From positions 1-42,487 of the forward strand of contig JBBIQV010000027.1 of the NCBI GenBank assembly GCA_037442105.1: a stretch of 42,487 nt of DNA, written 5' to 3'. The stretch is from Nitrospiraceae bacterium. GTDB taxonomy: Bacteria > Nitrospirota > Nitrospiria > Nitrospirales > Nitrospiraceae. The notes under the pieces are model-generated. The model saw only the letters and a list, made by a program, of their open reading frames with translations. It was not told where the DNA came from and searched no databases. The position numbers and the translations under genes are program-made. Position 1 is the stretch's first letter. Each line of letters begins with the position of its first letter. Shown here in pieces: positions 26,382 to 35,451 of the stretch.

Positions 26382-26765
26382 TTAATCCCATTCCAATGCG
26401 CCCTTCCGCCAAGCATAGACGTAAGCGACTAAGAAGAGCGCGATGAAGATGAGCATCTCGACCAGGCCGATCAGCCCAACCTTGTCGAACACCACGGCCC
26501 AGGGATAAAGAAAGATCACTTCGATGTCGAAGATCACGAACAGCATGGCGAAGATGTAATACCGGACAGGGAACGGCATGCGAGCATCGGAGAAGGGCTC
26601 GCTCCCGCATTCGTATGCAGAGAGCTTTTCCGATTCGGGATACTTGGGCTGAACCAGATAACTGATGACTAAAGTAACGACCCCAAACGCGAGCGCGATC
26701 ACGATGAACAGCAAGATGGGAAAATATCTCGCTAAATAGTCAAGGAGCACGCCCGCACCGTCCAT
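26382..26765 (-). CDS. nuoA: NADH-quinone oxidoreductase subunit A
   Basis: AYECG, FVIFDIE..FLYPWA, ends KGALEWD. Confidence 0.97.
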   Translation of the reverse strand: MDGAGVLLDYLARYFPILLFIVIALAFGVVTLVISYLVQPKYPESEKLSAYECGSEPFSDARMPFPVRYYIFAMLFVIFDIEVIFLYPWAVVFDKVGLIGLVEMLIFIALFLVAYVYAWRKGALEWD

Positions 26766-26810
26766 CCCACCCCCCCACCCAACACCTTGACTTACCGTGT
26801 GGAGCTGGCA

Positions 26811-26840
26811 ATCTTAGGCTTTCAAGATTTCCAATAGCAA
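26811..26840 (-). promoter_or_regulatory. Candidate sigma70 promoter of the nuo operon
   Basis: Minus strand TTGCTA-N18-TAAGAT about 45 nt upstream of the nuoA start. Confidence 0.3.
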
Positions 26841-26969
26841 GCGAACAAAGGACCTACCGGACCAGACCCGAAAGTCCTAGCCTTCGCATTAAACTGACAG
26901 CTTTCAGCTAAACGCCGACTTGCGACAAGCCGGTATGTATGAATGCGGGCTAAAAGTACTATGCGCCGA

Positions 26970-27164
26970 TTACGATTGCCGGTCGCCGCGTCGCTGCATG
27001 AGATCCGGAGAGGTTCGCAAGCGGGTTGGAAATGGTTCTTTGCTGGCATCCCATTCGGCAACAAGAGATGAAAAGGCCTTCACCTTCTTTCTACGAGGAA
27101 TTTGGGTATCGATACGGCGTTTCTTTGGTGCCGGAACGGCGTCGGGACGATCGCTGTCGGGCAT
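26970..27164 (-). CDS. Possible small basic hypothetical protein (64 aa)
   Basis: AGGA RBS before ATG 27164; fills an otherwise empty gap; no recognisable motif. Confidence 0.3.
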   Translation of the reverse strand: MPDSDRPDAVPAPKKRRIDTQIPRRKKVKAFSSLVAEWDASKEPFPTRLRTSPDLMQRRGDRQS

Positions 27165-27308
27165 CGTATCCTGTCGCGTAGCCAAGGGCTGCTCTCCTTG
27201 TTCCCGATAAAACTCATCGCAGCGCAAAGGAGAATCGGCGAGGGTCTTTGGGGTACCTTACCATCCGAAAAAGAGACGAGTCAAAAGTCAGGACGCCCGC
27301 CAAATTCC

Positions 27309-27336
27309 TTGACAACCCAGCATGATTTGCTATGGT
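27309..27336 (+). promoter_or_regulatory. Sigma70 promoter for the OmpA/MotB gene
   Basis: TTGACA-N16-TATGGT with extended -10 TGn. Confidence 0.5.
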
Positions 27337-27355
27337 TTGCATGTTCGGTTATCTC

Positions 27356-28951
27356 ATGCCAACGACCAGACTGACATTCCTTGTAATCACCACGGGCGCC
27401 GCCCTCGTTTGGACGCTCGCCCCTGTCGACTTTTTTCCTGCTCATGCTCAAGATGCCTCCAGTGTCCGGCTGGGTGAAGCTGCCTTGACCTTTGCTGCTG
27501 GATCGATCCGTCAGACAATTCCTCAAGACGGGGTGGTGAACCCTGTTACAGGCGATAACCAGACGAGCGGTAATCGCATGCTGCTCGGGAGCGGGGACTC
27601 CCTCTATCTCAGGATGAAAAGCACCAGCGACGTGTCCGTGGGGGATCTCTACGCCGTTTTCAAGCGGGTCCACAAGGTCTTCCATCCGGCAACCAGCCAG
27701 TACCTGGGGTATGTGGTCAACGTCCTCGGCATCGTGCGTGTAACCCAGGTCGATCCCGATCTTCTTACAGTCACGATGGTTCGTGCGTATGGCCCGATTT
27801 CGCCCGGTGATCCGGTCGTGCGTTTTGTTCCACCGGCCCTGAGCGAGCCCGGTGAGGAGTCGCGGGTGGCGGGTGATGTCCACGGCATGGTCGTGGATCT
27901 TCAATCGGACAAGAACATGACCCTCATTGCACGGTGGAATATCGTCTATCTCGACCGGGGACGGGAAGATGGGCTGAGACCGGGCGATCTCCTTGAAGTG
28001 TTCCGGGTGAGTTCAGGGCTGCCGCGACGGGTCGTCGGGGAACTTAAAGTCCTGTCGACAGAAGACCGCTTGGCCACCGCGTTTGTCACCCGATCAACTT
28101 CGCAAATCCTGCGAGGGGACCGTTTCACATCGGTGATGAGCAATCCGAGCATGCTCAAGGCCGACCCTGGTACGGCGCATACAGGCGTGGCAGAAATCCG
28201 GGAAACACCGGCCACAACGCCGGCGTCTATAGCGCCGGCAAAAGTAACCTCTGGGCTCACCATTCAACGCATTGGCAGACAGACACGTATCAGCCTGGAC
28301 GAACTCGTCGACCAGCTTGAATACGAATCGGGTGAAGCAACCGTTAAGCCGCAGTCATACGGAATTCTGAGCCAGATCGCGGAATATCTCAAGACGGAAG
28401 TCGGCGTCGACGACAAGCTGATTCGTGTAGAGGGACACGCGGACAATGTCGAGATCGGGCCGTCACTCAAGTCGCTCTATCCGACGAACTGGGAATTGTC
28501 GAAAGCTCGTGCCACAGGCATCATTCGCTATCTGGTGGAGAAGGGTGGTATCGATTCCGCCAAGCTTTCCGCGGTCGGATATGGCGATACCAAACCGGTC
28601 GCGTCCAACGCTACCGAAGAGGGACGCCGGAAGAATCGACGAATCGAGATCGTCTTCTCGTCACCCGAACCTGTACCGAGCCCAAATACGGTGAACCAAC
28701 CAACAAGCCCGGAAGAGTCGGCCGTGAGTCTGTCTCGTATCGGTTCATCGCCAGTTTCGGAGTCGGCCATGCCACCGGCTCAGTCACCGGCTATTTCAGC
28801 CGAAGCGCCGGATACAGCGGCTGTCGGGTCCCCGCCCGCAGCAGATGTTGAATCGCCGAGGCCGGACGCAGCTATAGGAGCCGGAGAAAATCTTGCGCCT
28901 CAGCTTGATTCGAAAATAGAACAGCCTCCTGCTTCCCAGCCTCAGCCCTAA
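27356..28951 (+). CDS. Exported OmpA/MotB-family peptidoglycan-binding protein with N-terminal FlgT-C-like domains
   Basis: Signal peptide ending AHA; VYLDRGREDGLRPGDLLEVFR; OmpA_C motifs VEGHADN, NWELSKARA, GYGDTKP, NRRIEI; Pro/Ser-rich tail. Confidence 0.82.
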   Translation: MPTTRLTFLVITTGAALVWTLAPVDFFPAHAQDASSVRLGEAALTFAAGSIRQTIPQDGVVNPVTGDNQTSGNRMLLGSGDSLYLRMKSTSDVSVGDLYAVFKRVHKVFHPATSQYLGYVVNVLGIVRVTQVDPDLLTVTMVRAYGPISPGDPVVRFVPPALSEPGEESRVAGDVHGMVVDLQSDKNMTLIARWNIVYLDRGREDGLRPGDLLEVFRVSSGLPRRVVGELKVLSTEDRLATAFVTRSTSQILRGDRFTSVMSNPSMLKADPGTAHTGVAEIRETPATTPASIAPAKVTSGLTIQRIGRQTRISLDELVDQLEYESGEATVKPQSYGILSQIAEYLKTEVGVDDKLIRVEGHADNVEIGPSLKSLYPTNWELSKARATGIIRYLVEKGGIDSAKLSAVGYGDTKPVASNATEEGRRKNRRIEIVFSSPEPVPSPNTVNQPTSPEESAVSLSRIGSSPVSESAMPPAQSPAISAEAPDTAAVGSPPAADVESPRPDAAIGAGENLAPQLDSKIEQPPASQPQP

Positions 28952-29043
28952 CTCCCTGACCAGTCTCCCAGTCCCTCACCGGCAGTTCAAGACCCAAGAG
29001 GAAGGTCAGCATTCTCGTGAGTGACCCATGCTCTTCGTGCAGA

Positions 29044-29073
29044 TTGTCCGGGGCTGAGGTAGCTTGCTAGAAT
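29044..29073 (+). promoter_or_regulatory. Sigma70 promoter immediately before the priA ATG
   Basis: TTGTCC-N18-TAGAAT with TGn extension; -10 ends 5 nt before ATG 29079. Confidence 0.5.
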
Positions 29074-29078
29074 GGCGC

Positions 29079-31439
29079 ATGTCTCTGCCACAGACCGAGC
29101 TGCAGGGCCAGCCCCATGGGCCGTTGCCACCCTTGTATGCCGAAGTGATCGTACCGCGTCACCTGCGGCGGTCATTCACCTACCTTGTCCCACCGCACTT
29201 GCGGACATGCGACAGCCTGGTCGGTCAGCGAGTGCTCGTCCCTTTTGCGGGCAATCGGCTGCACGGTCTCGTGGTGGCGTTAAGCTCACGGCCTCCGGCC
29301 GGTCTTTTAAGCGGGCGACTGAGGGAGATCGTGTCGTTTGCGACGGGGCAGACCGGTGGAGAGCCCGATGCGCCCCTCCTCGAACTGTCCCGACAGATCT
29401 CAGAGAACTATCTGGTTCCCTGGGGACAATGTTTGAGGTTAGTGTTCCCACCACCACAACCTGCTAAGCCAGCGCGCCAGACTTACCTGCTGACCGACGC
29501 GGGGCACATGGCCCTGGGATCGGGAGATCGCTTATCCGCACCAGCGCAAGACCTCCTCAGCCGCCTGGCTCGGCGGAAGTCCGGTTTGTCACTGACCACC
29601 CTTCAGCAAGGAGGGGGGGCGAACCTCCGGAGGACTCTGGCGGTATTGAGAAAGAAGGGGTGGATTTCCGAGCGCGAAGCCATTGGCGCCGCTCGCCGGA
29701 TCGGAACGGAACGCGGCCGTAAATCCGATCTGGCTGACCCATCGTCTCAGAGAGACAGGGACCAGGAAGAAGGTCCATGTCCGATCACAACATCGCGCGA
29801 TCCTTCCCGGTTGGCACATCTTTCCCAATGGCTCGACCGCCGGAGGGACAGGCCCTTGCTACTCCATTCGTCGCTGGCTCATCGGATGGCTTGCTTGACG
29901 TATATGGTTAGAGAGGTTGTTGCGCGTGATCGAACCGTCTTGGTCGTGACGGGAGAGACGGCTTGGGCGGCCTGGATCGCTCGACAGTTCGAACACGCCT
30001 GGGGCAGCCGTCTTGCGCTCGTCCACAGTGGCCTGTCTCTTCAGGAAAGAGGCGATGCCTGGACGCGCATCGCCTCCGGCTCGGTACGCCTTGTCGTCGG
30101 GACCCGTTCGGCGGTCTTTGCTCCTCTCCGCAACCTGGGGCTGGTGTGGGTGGACGGCGAAGAAGATCCATCGCTTAAGGAAGAGCAGGAGCCGCACTAC
30201 CACGCGCGCTGGGTTGCCTGGTCACGCGCCCGGCAGGAGAGGACGCTGTGCGTGTTAGGATCGAGCCATCCATCGCTGGAGACACAAGACTGGGCGAAGA
30301 ACACGGGAGAAACCTTCACGTTGCCGGTGCCCCAGGAGACCCGACCCACGATCGAACTGGTTGATCTCCGACGATTCCCGCGCGGAACCCTCGTAACGCC
30401 GCCGATGGTCGACGGCATTCGAAGCGCATTGGACCGGCGAGCCGGTGCGGTGCTCTTTCTCAACCGCAAAGGTTATGCGGGAGCGTTGATCTGCCGCGAG
30501 TGTGGAGAGGTTCCTCGATGCCCAAGATGCAGCGTGACCTTCACGTATCACCGGCAAGCCGGTCGGCTTGCCTGTCGGTATTGTGGAAACACCGTAGCCT
30601 TGCCGGATACCTGTCCCGCCTGTACCGCACCCCGGCTTGAACCGGTGGGCGCGGGAACGGAGCGGCTGGAAGAGGAACTTGGGCGATTGTTTCCCACCGC
30701 GCGAATCGCTCGTTTCGATCGTGACACGGTCCGGCGTTCGTCCCAAAGCTCGGCACTCAGACGACGCCTCTGGACAGGAGAGATCGATATTCTGGTAGGT
30801 ACACAGATGCTGTTCCAGCAGGGGCCATTGCCGCGTGCGGGATTCGTCGGGGTGCCATTGGCTGATTCCGGCTTGCACGCCCCCGATTTCCGCTCTGCTG
30901 AACGTACTTACCACACACTCCTCGACGCCGTTGGCCTCGCCGGGTCTGAGGGGAACGTGGTCGTGCAAACGCTCTTGCCCGGCCACCATGCAATCCAAGC
31001 GGTCGCCACGGGTAACCCCGCGCTGTTCGCCGATGTCGAGCTGAGCTTTCGCGAGGCCTTGGGCTATCCTCCCTATGCACACCTGATCAGCCTCCTGGTC
31101 TCTGGAAAACATGCCGAACAGGTCGAGACAGCCGCTGCGCATTGGGTAGACCTCTTGCAGGCCGAAGCGGACGCTATTTCGGCATCCACAGACCCTCCAA
31201 CCGGTCAACGCAGATCATCCGTTCACGAAGGGGGCGCAGGTGCGGCCATCATCCTGGGGCCGGTGCCGGCCCCTGTGCCAAAGCTGCGCGGCCGACATCG
31301 TTGGCATGTGTTGGTGAAATCCGCACGACGAGAACTCGCTCACCGAGTGGTACGAGCAACGCTCGAACAAATCGAGAACCAATTCAGGCGGAAGGACCTG
31401 CGATTCGACGTGGACGTAGATCCGGTGGCGATCGGGTAA
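29079..31439 (+). CDS. priA: Primosomal protein N' (PriA) with degenerate helicase motifs
   Basis: 3'-binding domain FTY..P..VGQRVLVPF, VVGTRSAVFAP, FLNRKGYA, 8-Cys zinc region, YPPY, ILGP.PAP..KLRG, VDVDP. Confidence 0.92.
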   Translation: MSLPQTELQGQPHGPLPPLYAEVIVPRHLRRSFTYLVPPHLRTCDSLVGQRVLVPFAGNRLHGLVVALSSRPPAGLLSGRLREIVSFATGQTGGEPDAPLLELSRQISENYLVPWGQCLRLVFPPPQPAKPARQTYLLTDAGHMALGSGDRLSAPAQDLLSRLARRKSGLSLTTLQQGGGANLRRTLAVLRKKGWISEREAIGAARRIGTERGRKSDLADPSSQRDRDQEEGPCPITTSRDPSRLAHLSQWLDRRRDRPLLLHSSLAHRMACLTYMVREVVARDRTVLVVTGETAWAAWIARQFEHAWGSRLALVHSGLSLQERGDAWTRIASGSVRLVVGTRSAVFAPLRNLGLVWVDGEEDPSLKEEQEPHYHARWVAWSRARQERTLCVLGSSHPSLETQDWAKNTGETFTLPVPQETRPTIELVDLRRFPRGTLVTPPMVDGIRSALDRRAGAVLFLNRKGYAGALICRECGEVPRCPRCSVTFTYHRQAGRLACRYCGNTVALPDTCPACTAPRLEPVGAGTERLEEELGRLFPTARIARFDRDTVRRSSQSSALRRRLWTGEIDILVGTQMLFQQGPLPRAGFVGVPLADSGLHAPDFRSAERTYHTLLDAVGLAGSEGNVVVQTLLPGHHAIQAVATGNPALFADVELSFREALGYPPYAHLISLLVSGKHAEQVETAAAHWVDLLQAEADAISASTDPPTGQRRSSVHEGGAGAAIILGPVPAPVPKLRGRHRWHVLVKSARRELAHRVVRATLEQIENQFRRKDLRFDVDVDPVAIG

Positions 31440-31441
31440 GT

Positions 31442-31882
31442 TCAGCTATCGGCGCGACGACTCCTCGCGTGCTTCCCGTCCTTCTTCCCCACCGGCGGTG
31501 CGCTCGAGCTGGACGGCGCTGGCGCAGCCAGCCGGCGCGCCCTCTTGAACAGGCCGAACGCAAACGTTGTCCAGAAGACGGAGGAAAAGAGGCCGAAGAG
31601 GACGGCATTGAGAATCTCGCCCATCTGCTCATCGGTTGGTTGGGCCGTCGCCGCCCGAATCTGCGCCATCGTCACAATGGGCCACATCAGGCTCTCCAAT
31701 CCCAGCAACAGCGTCGACCATGCCCACACAAGGCCGATCGTCGTTCCCTGCCATACCAGAAGCCCTGCGATGGACAGGCCGATGGCCACGCTCCACCAAA
31801 TGGGCAGGGCGCCGCAGATGATCCAGAAGCCGACCGTGACTACAAGGCTGCCGAGTACGGCATTGAGCTGTGGAGTCCGCAT
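31442..31882 (-). CDS. Hypothetical membrane protein (~4 TM)
   Basis: 146-aa ORF with several hydrophobic segments and a basic tail; abuts the priA stop. Confidence 0.75.
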   Translation of the reverse strand: MRTPQLNAVLGSLVVTVGFWIICGALPIWWSVAIGLSIAGLLVWQGTTIGLVWAWSTLLLGLESLMWPIVTMAQIRAATAQPTDEQMGEILNAVLFGLFSSVFWTTFAFGLFKRARRLAAPAPSSSSAPPVGKKDGKHARSRRADS

Positions 31883-31892
31883 GGGGATTGGC

Positions 31893-31934
31893 TAGAGGTT
31901 AGTGGAAAGTGGTGAGTAGTGAGTGGCTGGTGGA
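31893..31934. repeat. One-sided NAGTGGN heptamer array
   Basis: TAGAGGT TAGTGGA AAGTGGT GAGTAGT GAGTGGC TGGTGGA. Confidence 0.6.
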
Positions 31935-31958
31935 AAGACGGCCGCCCGTCCAATTTCG

Positions 31959-32330
31959 TTAGGACGCCAACTCGGCTTGAGCAGCATCGAGCAAGGCTTT
32001 CATCTCGAACGGCTTCTGCAGTGTGCGGCGGGCACCGAGCATCTTGGCGACGTCGAGAAAGTTGAGGATGCCGATCATATCGCTGCCGCCCGTGATCGCG
32101 ATGATCTTAGCGGAAGGAAACTCGCGCCGCAACGTCATGATGCTTTCCAGCCCGTCCTGGTCCGGCATCAGGATATCCATGATGACAAGATCGCTTGGCC
32201 GCTGCCTATAGGCGTGCAACCCTTCCCGGCCATCACGGGCTTCGCTCACCTCGTATCCGGCCTGTTCGAGCGTGTCGCGGATCAGCTTGCGAATTTGATC
32301 TTCGTCATCAACCACCAGTATGGATGGCAT
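31959..32330 (-). CDS. Single-domain response regulator
   Basis: ILVVDD, VIMDILMP, AITGG, LQKPF - all catalytic residues present. Confidence 0.93.
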   Translation of the reverse strand: MPSILVVDDEDQIRKLIRDTLEQAGYEVSEARDGREGLHAYRQRPSDLVIMDILMPDQDGLESIMTLRREFPSAKIIAITGGSDMIGILNFLDVAKMLGARRTLQKPFEMKALLDAAQAELAS

Positions 32331-35283
32331 CAAGTTCCTCTACCTCTTGCACTACCAGCGAGCGACCATTAAGAGACGCACGACCGTTGGTCCGGACCGG
32401 ACCATCCAACACACGGCGGACGGCAAACGCCACGTCTTTCCGGACCAGCGGCCTCCCCAGGCATCCGCAGATGCCCGCCTGGCTGCCCCAATCTGCCGGC
32501 ACCGTCCGCAACGAATCTGAACACAGAAGAATGGGGAGGTCGGGCCTGATCTTCAGCAATTCATGCGTCAGCGCTTCCCCTGTCACGTTGAGCATGGTCT
32601 GAGCAGCGATGACCAAATCGAACCGCTGGGGAGCCGACCGAAACGCCCGAAGCGCGTCCTGAGGATGCGCGCGAACCACCACGTGGTACCCAAGTGAGTC
32701 TAGCATCTCGCATCCCAACCGGGCAAGCGACTCGTCATCTTCGACGAAGAGAATACATTCATGGCCGCGAGGGAGGGGTTCTTCGGTAGTAACCGCAACC
32801 GGTTCGTGGACCGGCAATGCCGGCAAGTACATCTCCACGGTCGTACTCTGCCCCGTACAACCCTCGATGCGCAGCGTGCCGCCATGGCCGATCACGATGC
32901 CGTGCACAACGGCGAGCCCCATACCGGTCCCTTGGCCGACCGGCTTTGTCGTGAAAAACGGATCGATGCCCCGGTTCTTTCCGTCGAAGTCCAGGCGGCG
33001 GCTTGTGTTCTTGACGGTGAGCCGCACATACCGTCCTGGCGCGGGCATGTCGGGGCCTGTGTGATCTTCCGGCGAAATGGATACATCATCGAGCCAGATA
33101 TCCAAGGCACCGCCCGTCATACGCATCGCCTGCTCCGCGTTCGTCCAAAGGTTCAGGAGCGCCTGATGTATCTGCGCCGGGTCCGCCGAGACCGGTGCGG
33201 TTGCCGTTGCAACGCGCTCGCACAGTTCGATCGTGCCCGGCAAGGTCGGTTTGAGCAGCTTCAGTGCCTCCTTGAGAAGCAGATGCAACGACAGTGGGCG
33301 CTTCGTCTGCTCGGTTTGCCGGCTGAATGTCAGCAATTGGCAGACCAGTTCGCGGGCTCGCCGTCCGGCAACCACGACCTGCTCGATCTGCGCGTGGGCT
33401 TTGCTGTCGGAGGGGATTTTCGGCAGCGCCAATTCGCTGAATCCCAGAATCGCCGTCAGGCTGTTATTGAACTCGTGTGCGATCCCCCCCGCCAGTGCTC
33501 CCATGGCTTCCATCTTCTGGAAATGGCGAACCTGCGCCTCCAGCCGAGCCCGTTCGTCTTCAGCCCGTTTACGCTCGGTGACGTCGGTGACCGTACCGAT
33601 GTAACCCGTGACCTCGTCGGCATGGTTGTGCAACGCGGTGGCTTGTCCGTGAAGCCAACTCACTTGTCCATCCGGTCGCTGGAATTTGAAATCGGCACAG
33701 AAAGCGCCGCCCTCGCGAGTGGAATGAGACCAAGCCTCGAGCACTCGCGCGCGATCATCCGGATGCACCGCATGAGCCCACCCCTGGCCGCTGGCTTCCT
33801 GTGGGGTGAGCCCGGCCAACTCACACCACCGTTCGTTCACATAGAGATAGTTCCCTTGCAGGTCGGTCGTGAAAATTCCGACCGGGACTTGGCTGGCCAA
33901 CGTACGCAACCGCGCCTCGCTGGTCCGCATAGCCTGTTCCATTTCGTGACGGTCCGAGACGTCGGTGAGAACCCAGATGAACTCCGTAACCGTGCCTCGA
34001 TCATTGCGGACCGGTGACAGCGTAACCTCGTTCCAAAACGAGGTCCCGTCCTTCCGATAATGGCGGATGATGGTCCGACAGGGCCGGCCCTCCCTGAGTG
34101 CGGCAGCCAGCTTGTCTGCTGCAACCGGATCGGTGTCGGGTCCGGCGAGGAAGCTCGGAGACAGCCCCAATACCTCGTCGGCCATATAGCGGGTCAGCAG
34201 GAGGAAGGCGGGATTGGCGAACAAGATCGGATGGTGCGGTCGGCGAGCGTCAGTGACGAACATGCCTTTACTCGTGGCGGCCACGGCACGCTCGCGGATT
34301 CTGGCTTGGGCCCGCTCATCGGCAAGACGGCGGCTCGTCCAGATCAGGGCCAGCAGAAGCGGCGCCGTCACGAAGGCCACGACGGGGCCCAGTTTCCGCA
34401 GGACCGTCCGGACCGGAGCCATGACATCTCGCTTGTCCATCCGCACCAATACCCGCCATTGCGGACCTTCGAATTGGCCGGTGCCTTGTGTCTGCGCATA
34501 GCCCGTAACGACCGGCACCCGCCGGTGAACGTGAGTTTCTTCCACGTAACCGGGTTGGCCGGACTCACTCAGACGCGTGGAGGGCAACCCCTTGTCTACC
34601 GGATTCGGGTTGCCTGTGAAAGACAAGGCCGAATCGATGAAGGCGTCTCCCCGGCGAGTCAGAATCTGGTATTCGATAGCCCCAGGCAAGCCATGGCTTC
34701 GTTGGAACTCATGAAGAGTCCTCGTCACAACCTCTTCCAGAGCGGGGAGCGCAACTCGCGTCGAGACGAAGCCCAACGTCTCTCCCTGCGTACCTCGGAT
34801 CGGTGCGGTGAACGCTACGGCATCGACGCCTCCTGCCGCGACGATATTGGGCACCACGTCACCGGCCTGCCCGGTCTCGCTCTTACGCAAGAGGGAAGGC
34901 CACATGGCGTTCAACTGTACACCGACCGTCGCAGGATCGGTAGCGACCGTGATCCTCCCTTGGGCATCCGTCACGCCCAGCCAAAGATAAACGGGGTACG
35001 CCCGCTTCAATGCAGATAGATAGCCGAGAATACGATCGGGGTCATTCGGAGATGAGGCGATCGCTTCCGTCATGACCTGGACATCGCCGTACCGCTCGAA
35101 GAGGACGAGGTCGAGTTTGTGCGCGATATCCGCCGCGGTCAGCGATAAGGCTTGCCCGGTGCGATCCACCAGTTGACCCTCCGCGTAGTAGAGCCCAATC
35201 ACACCTATAGCCAGCACGGCGACCATGACGGCGGAGATAAGCGCCACGACAAACTTGGAAGAAGCAATCCAGGATAGTCTCAT
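32308..35283 (-). CDS. Cache/PAS hybrid sensor kinase with degenerate ATP-binding and receiver motifs
   Basis: TM-Cache-like-TM, LOV-like PAS, PAS, GGIAHEFNN H-box, DPFFTTK/GTGMGL, C-terminal receiver; start ATG 35283 or upstream. Confidence 0.88.
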   Translation of the reverse strand: MRLSWIASSKFVVALISAVMVAVLAIGVIGLYYAEGQLVDRTGQALSLTAADIAHKLDLVLFERYGDVQVMTEAIASSPNDPDRILGYLSALKRAYPVYLWLGVTDAQGRITVATDPATVGVQLNAMWPSLLRKSETGQAGDVVPNIVAAGGVDAVAFTAPIRGTQGETLGFVSTRVALPALEEVVTRTLHEFQRSHGLPGAIEYQILTRRGDAFIDSALSFTGNPNPVDKGLPSTRLSESGQPGYVEETHVHRRVPVVTGYAQTQGTGQFEGPQWRVLVRMDKRDVMAPVRTVLRKLGPVVAFVTAPLLLALIWTSRRLADERAQARIRERAVAATSKGMFVTDARRPHHPILFANPAFLLLTRYMADEVLGLSPSFLAGPDTDPVAADKLAAALREGRPCRTIIRHYRKDGTSFWNEVTLSPVRNDRGTVTEFIWVLTDVSDRHEMEQAMRTSEARLRTLASQVPVGIFTTDLQGNYLYVNERWCELAGLTPQEASGQGWAHAVHPDDRARVLEAWSHSTREGGAFCADFKFQRPDGQVSWLHGQATALHNHADEVTGYIGTVTDVTERKRAEDERARLEAQVRHFQKMEAMGALAGGIAHEFNNSLTAILGFSELALPKIPSDSKAHAQIEQVVVAGRRARELVCQLLTFSRQTEQTKRPLSLHLLLKEALKLLKPTLPGTIELCERVATATAPVSADPAQIHQALLNLWTNAEQAMRMTGGALDIWLDDVSISPEDHTGPDMPAPGRYVRLTVKNTSRRLDFDGKNRGIDPFFTTKPVGQGTGMGLAVVHGIVIGHGGTLRIEGCTGQSTTVEMYLPALPVHEPVAVTTEEPLPRGHECILFVEDDESLARLGCEMLDSLGYHVVVRAHPQDALRAFRSAPQRFDLVIAAQTMLNVTGEALTHELLKIRPDLPILLCSDSLRTVPADWGSQAGICGCLGRPLVRKDVAFAVRRVLDGPVRTNGRASLNGRSLVVQEVEELDAIHTGG

Positions 35284-35451
35284 GTTTCGCGAATGTTCGC
35301 GGCTGAGATGAAATCGATTCCAGCGCACGGGCATGAACACGTGCTTAGGGTACTGCGAAGCTCTTCCTGGCGGAAGAGAAGAGAGTAAAAGAGAGGGAAA
35401 TATTTCAGCCCTGCAAGGATAGGGCTACTCGGACCTACATAAATGCTGGCA

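Noticed and set aside
27124..27133. TTTGGTGCCG match to the tRNA-Leu(GAG) 3' end as an att site for the signalling cluster
   Set aside because: Only about 10 bp, plausible by chance, and it would enclose priA; no integrase nearby.
28943..28980. CAGTC/CAGCC-rich tract after the OmpA gene as another heptamer family
   Set aside because: Period is irregular (7-8) and too degenerate to support.
33960..34270. Blue-light LOV photoreceptor
   Set aside because: The photoactive Cys and other flavin-contact residues of GxNCRFLQ are absent; reported only as degenerate LOV-like.
35361..35378. CTCTTCC-TGGC-GGAAGAG hairpin as a terminator
   Set aside because: No U-tract on the 3' side for the minus-strand transcript.
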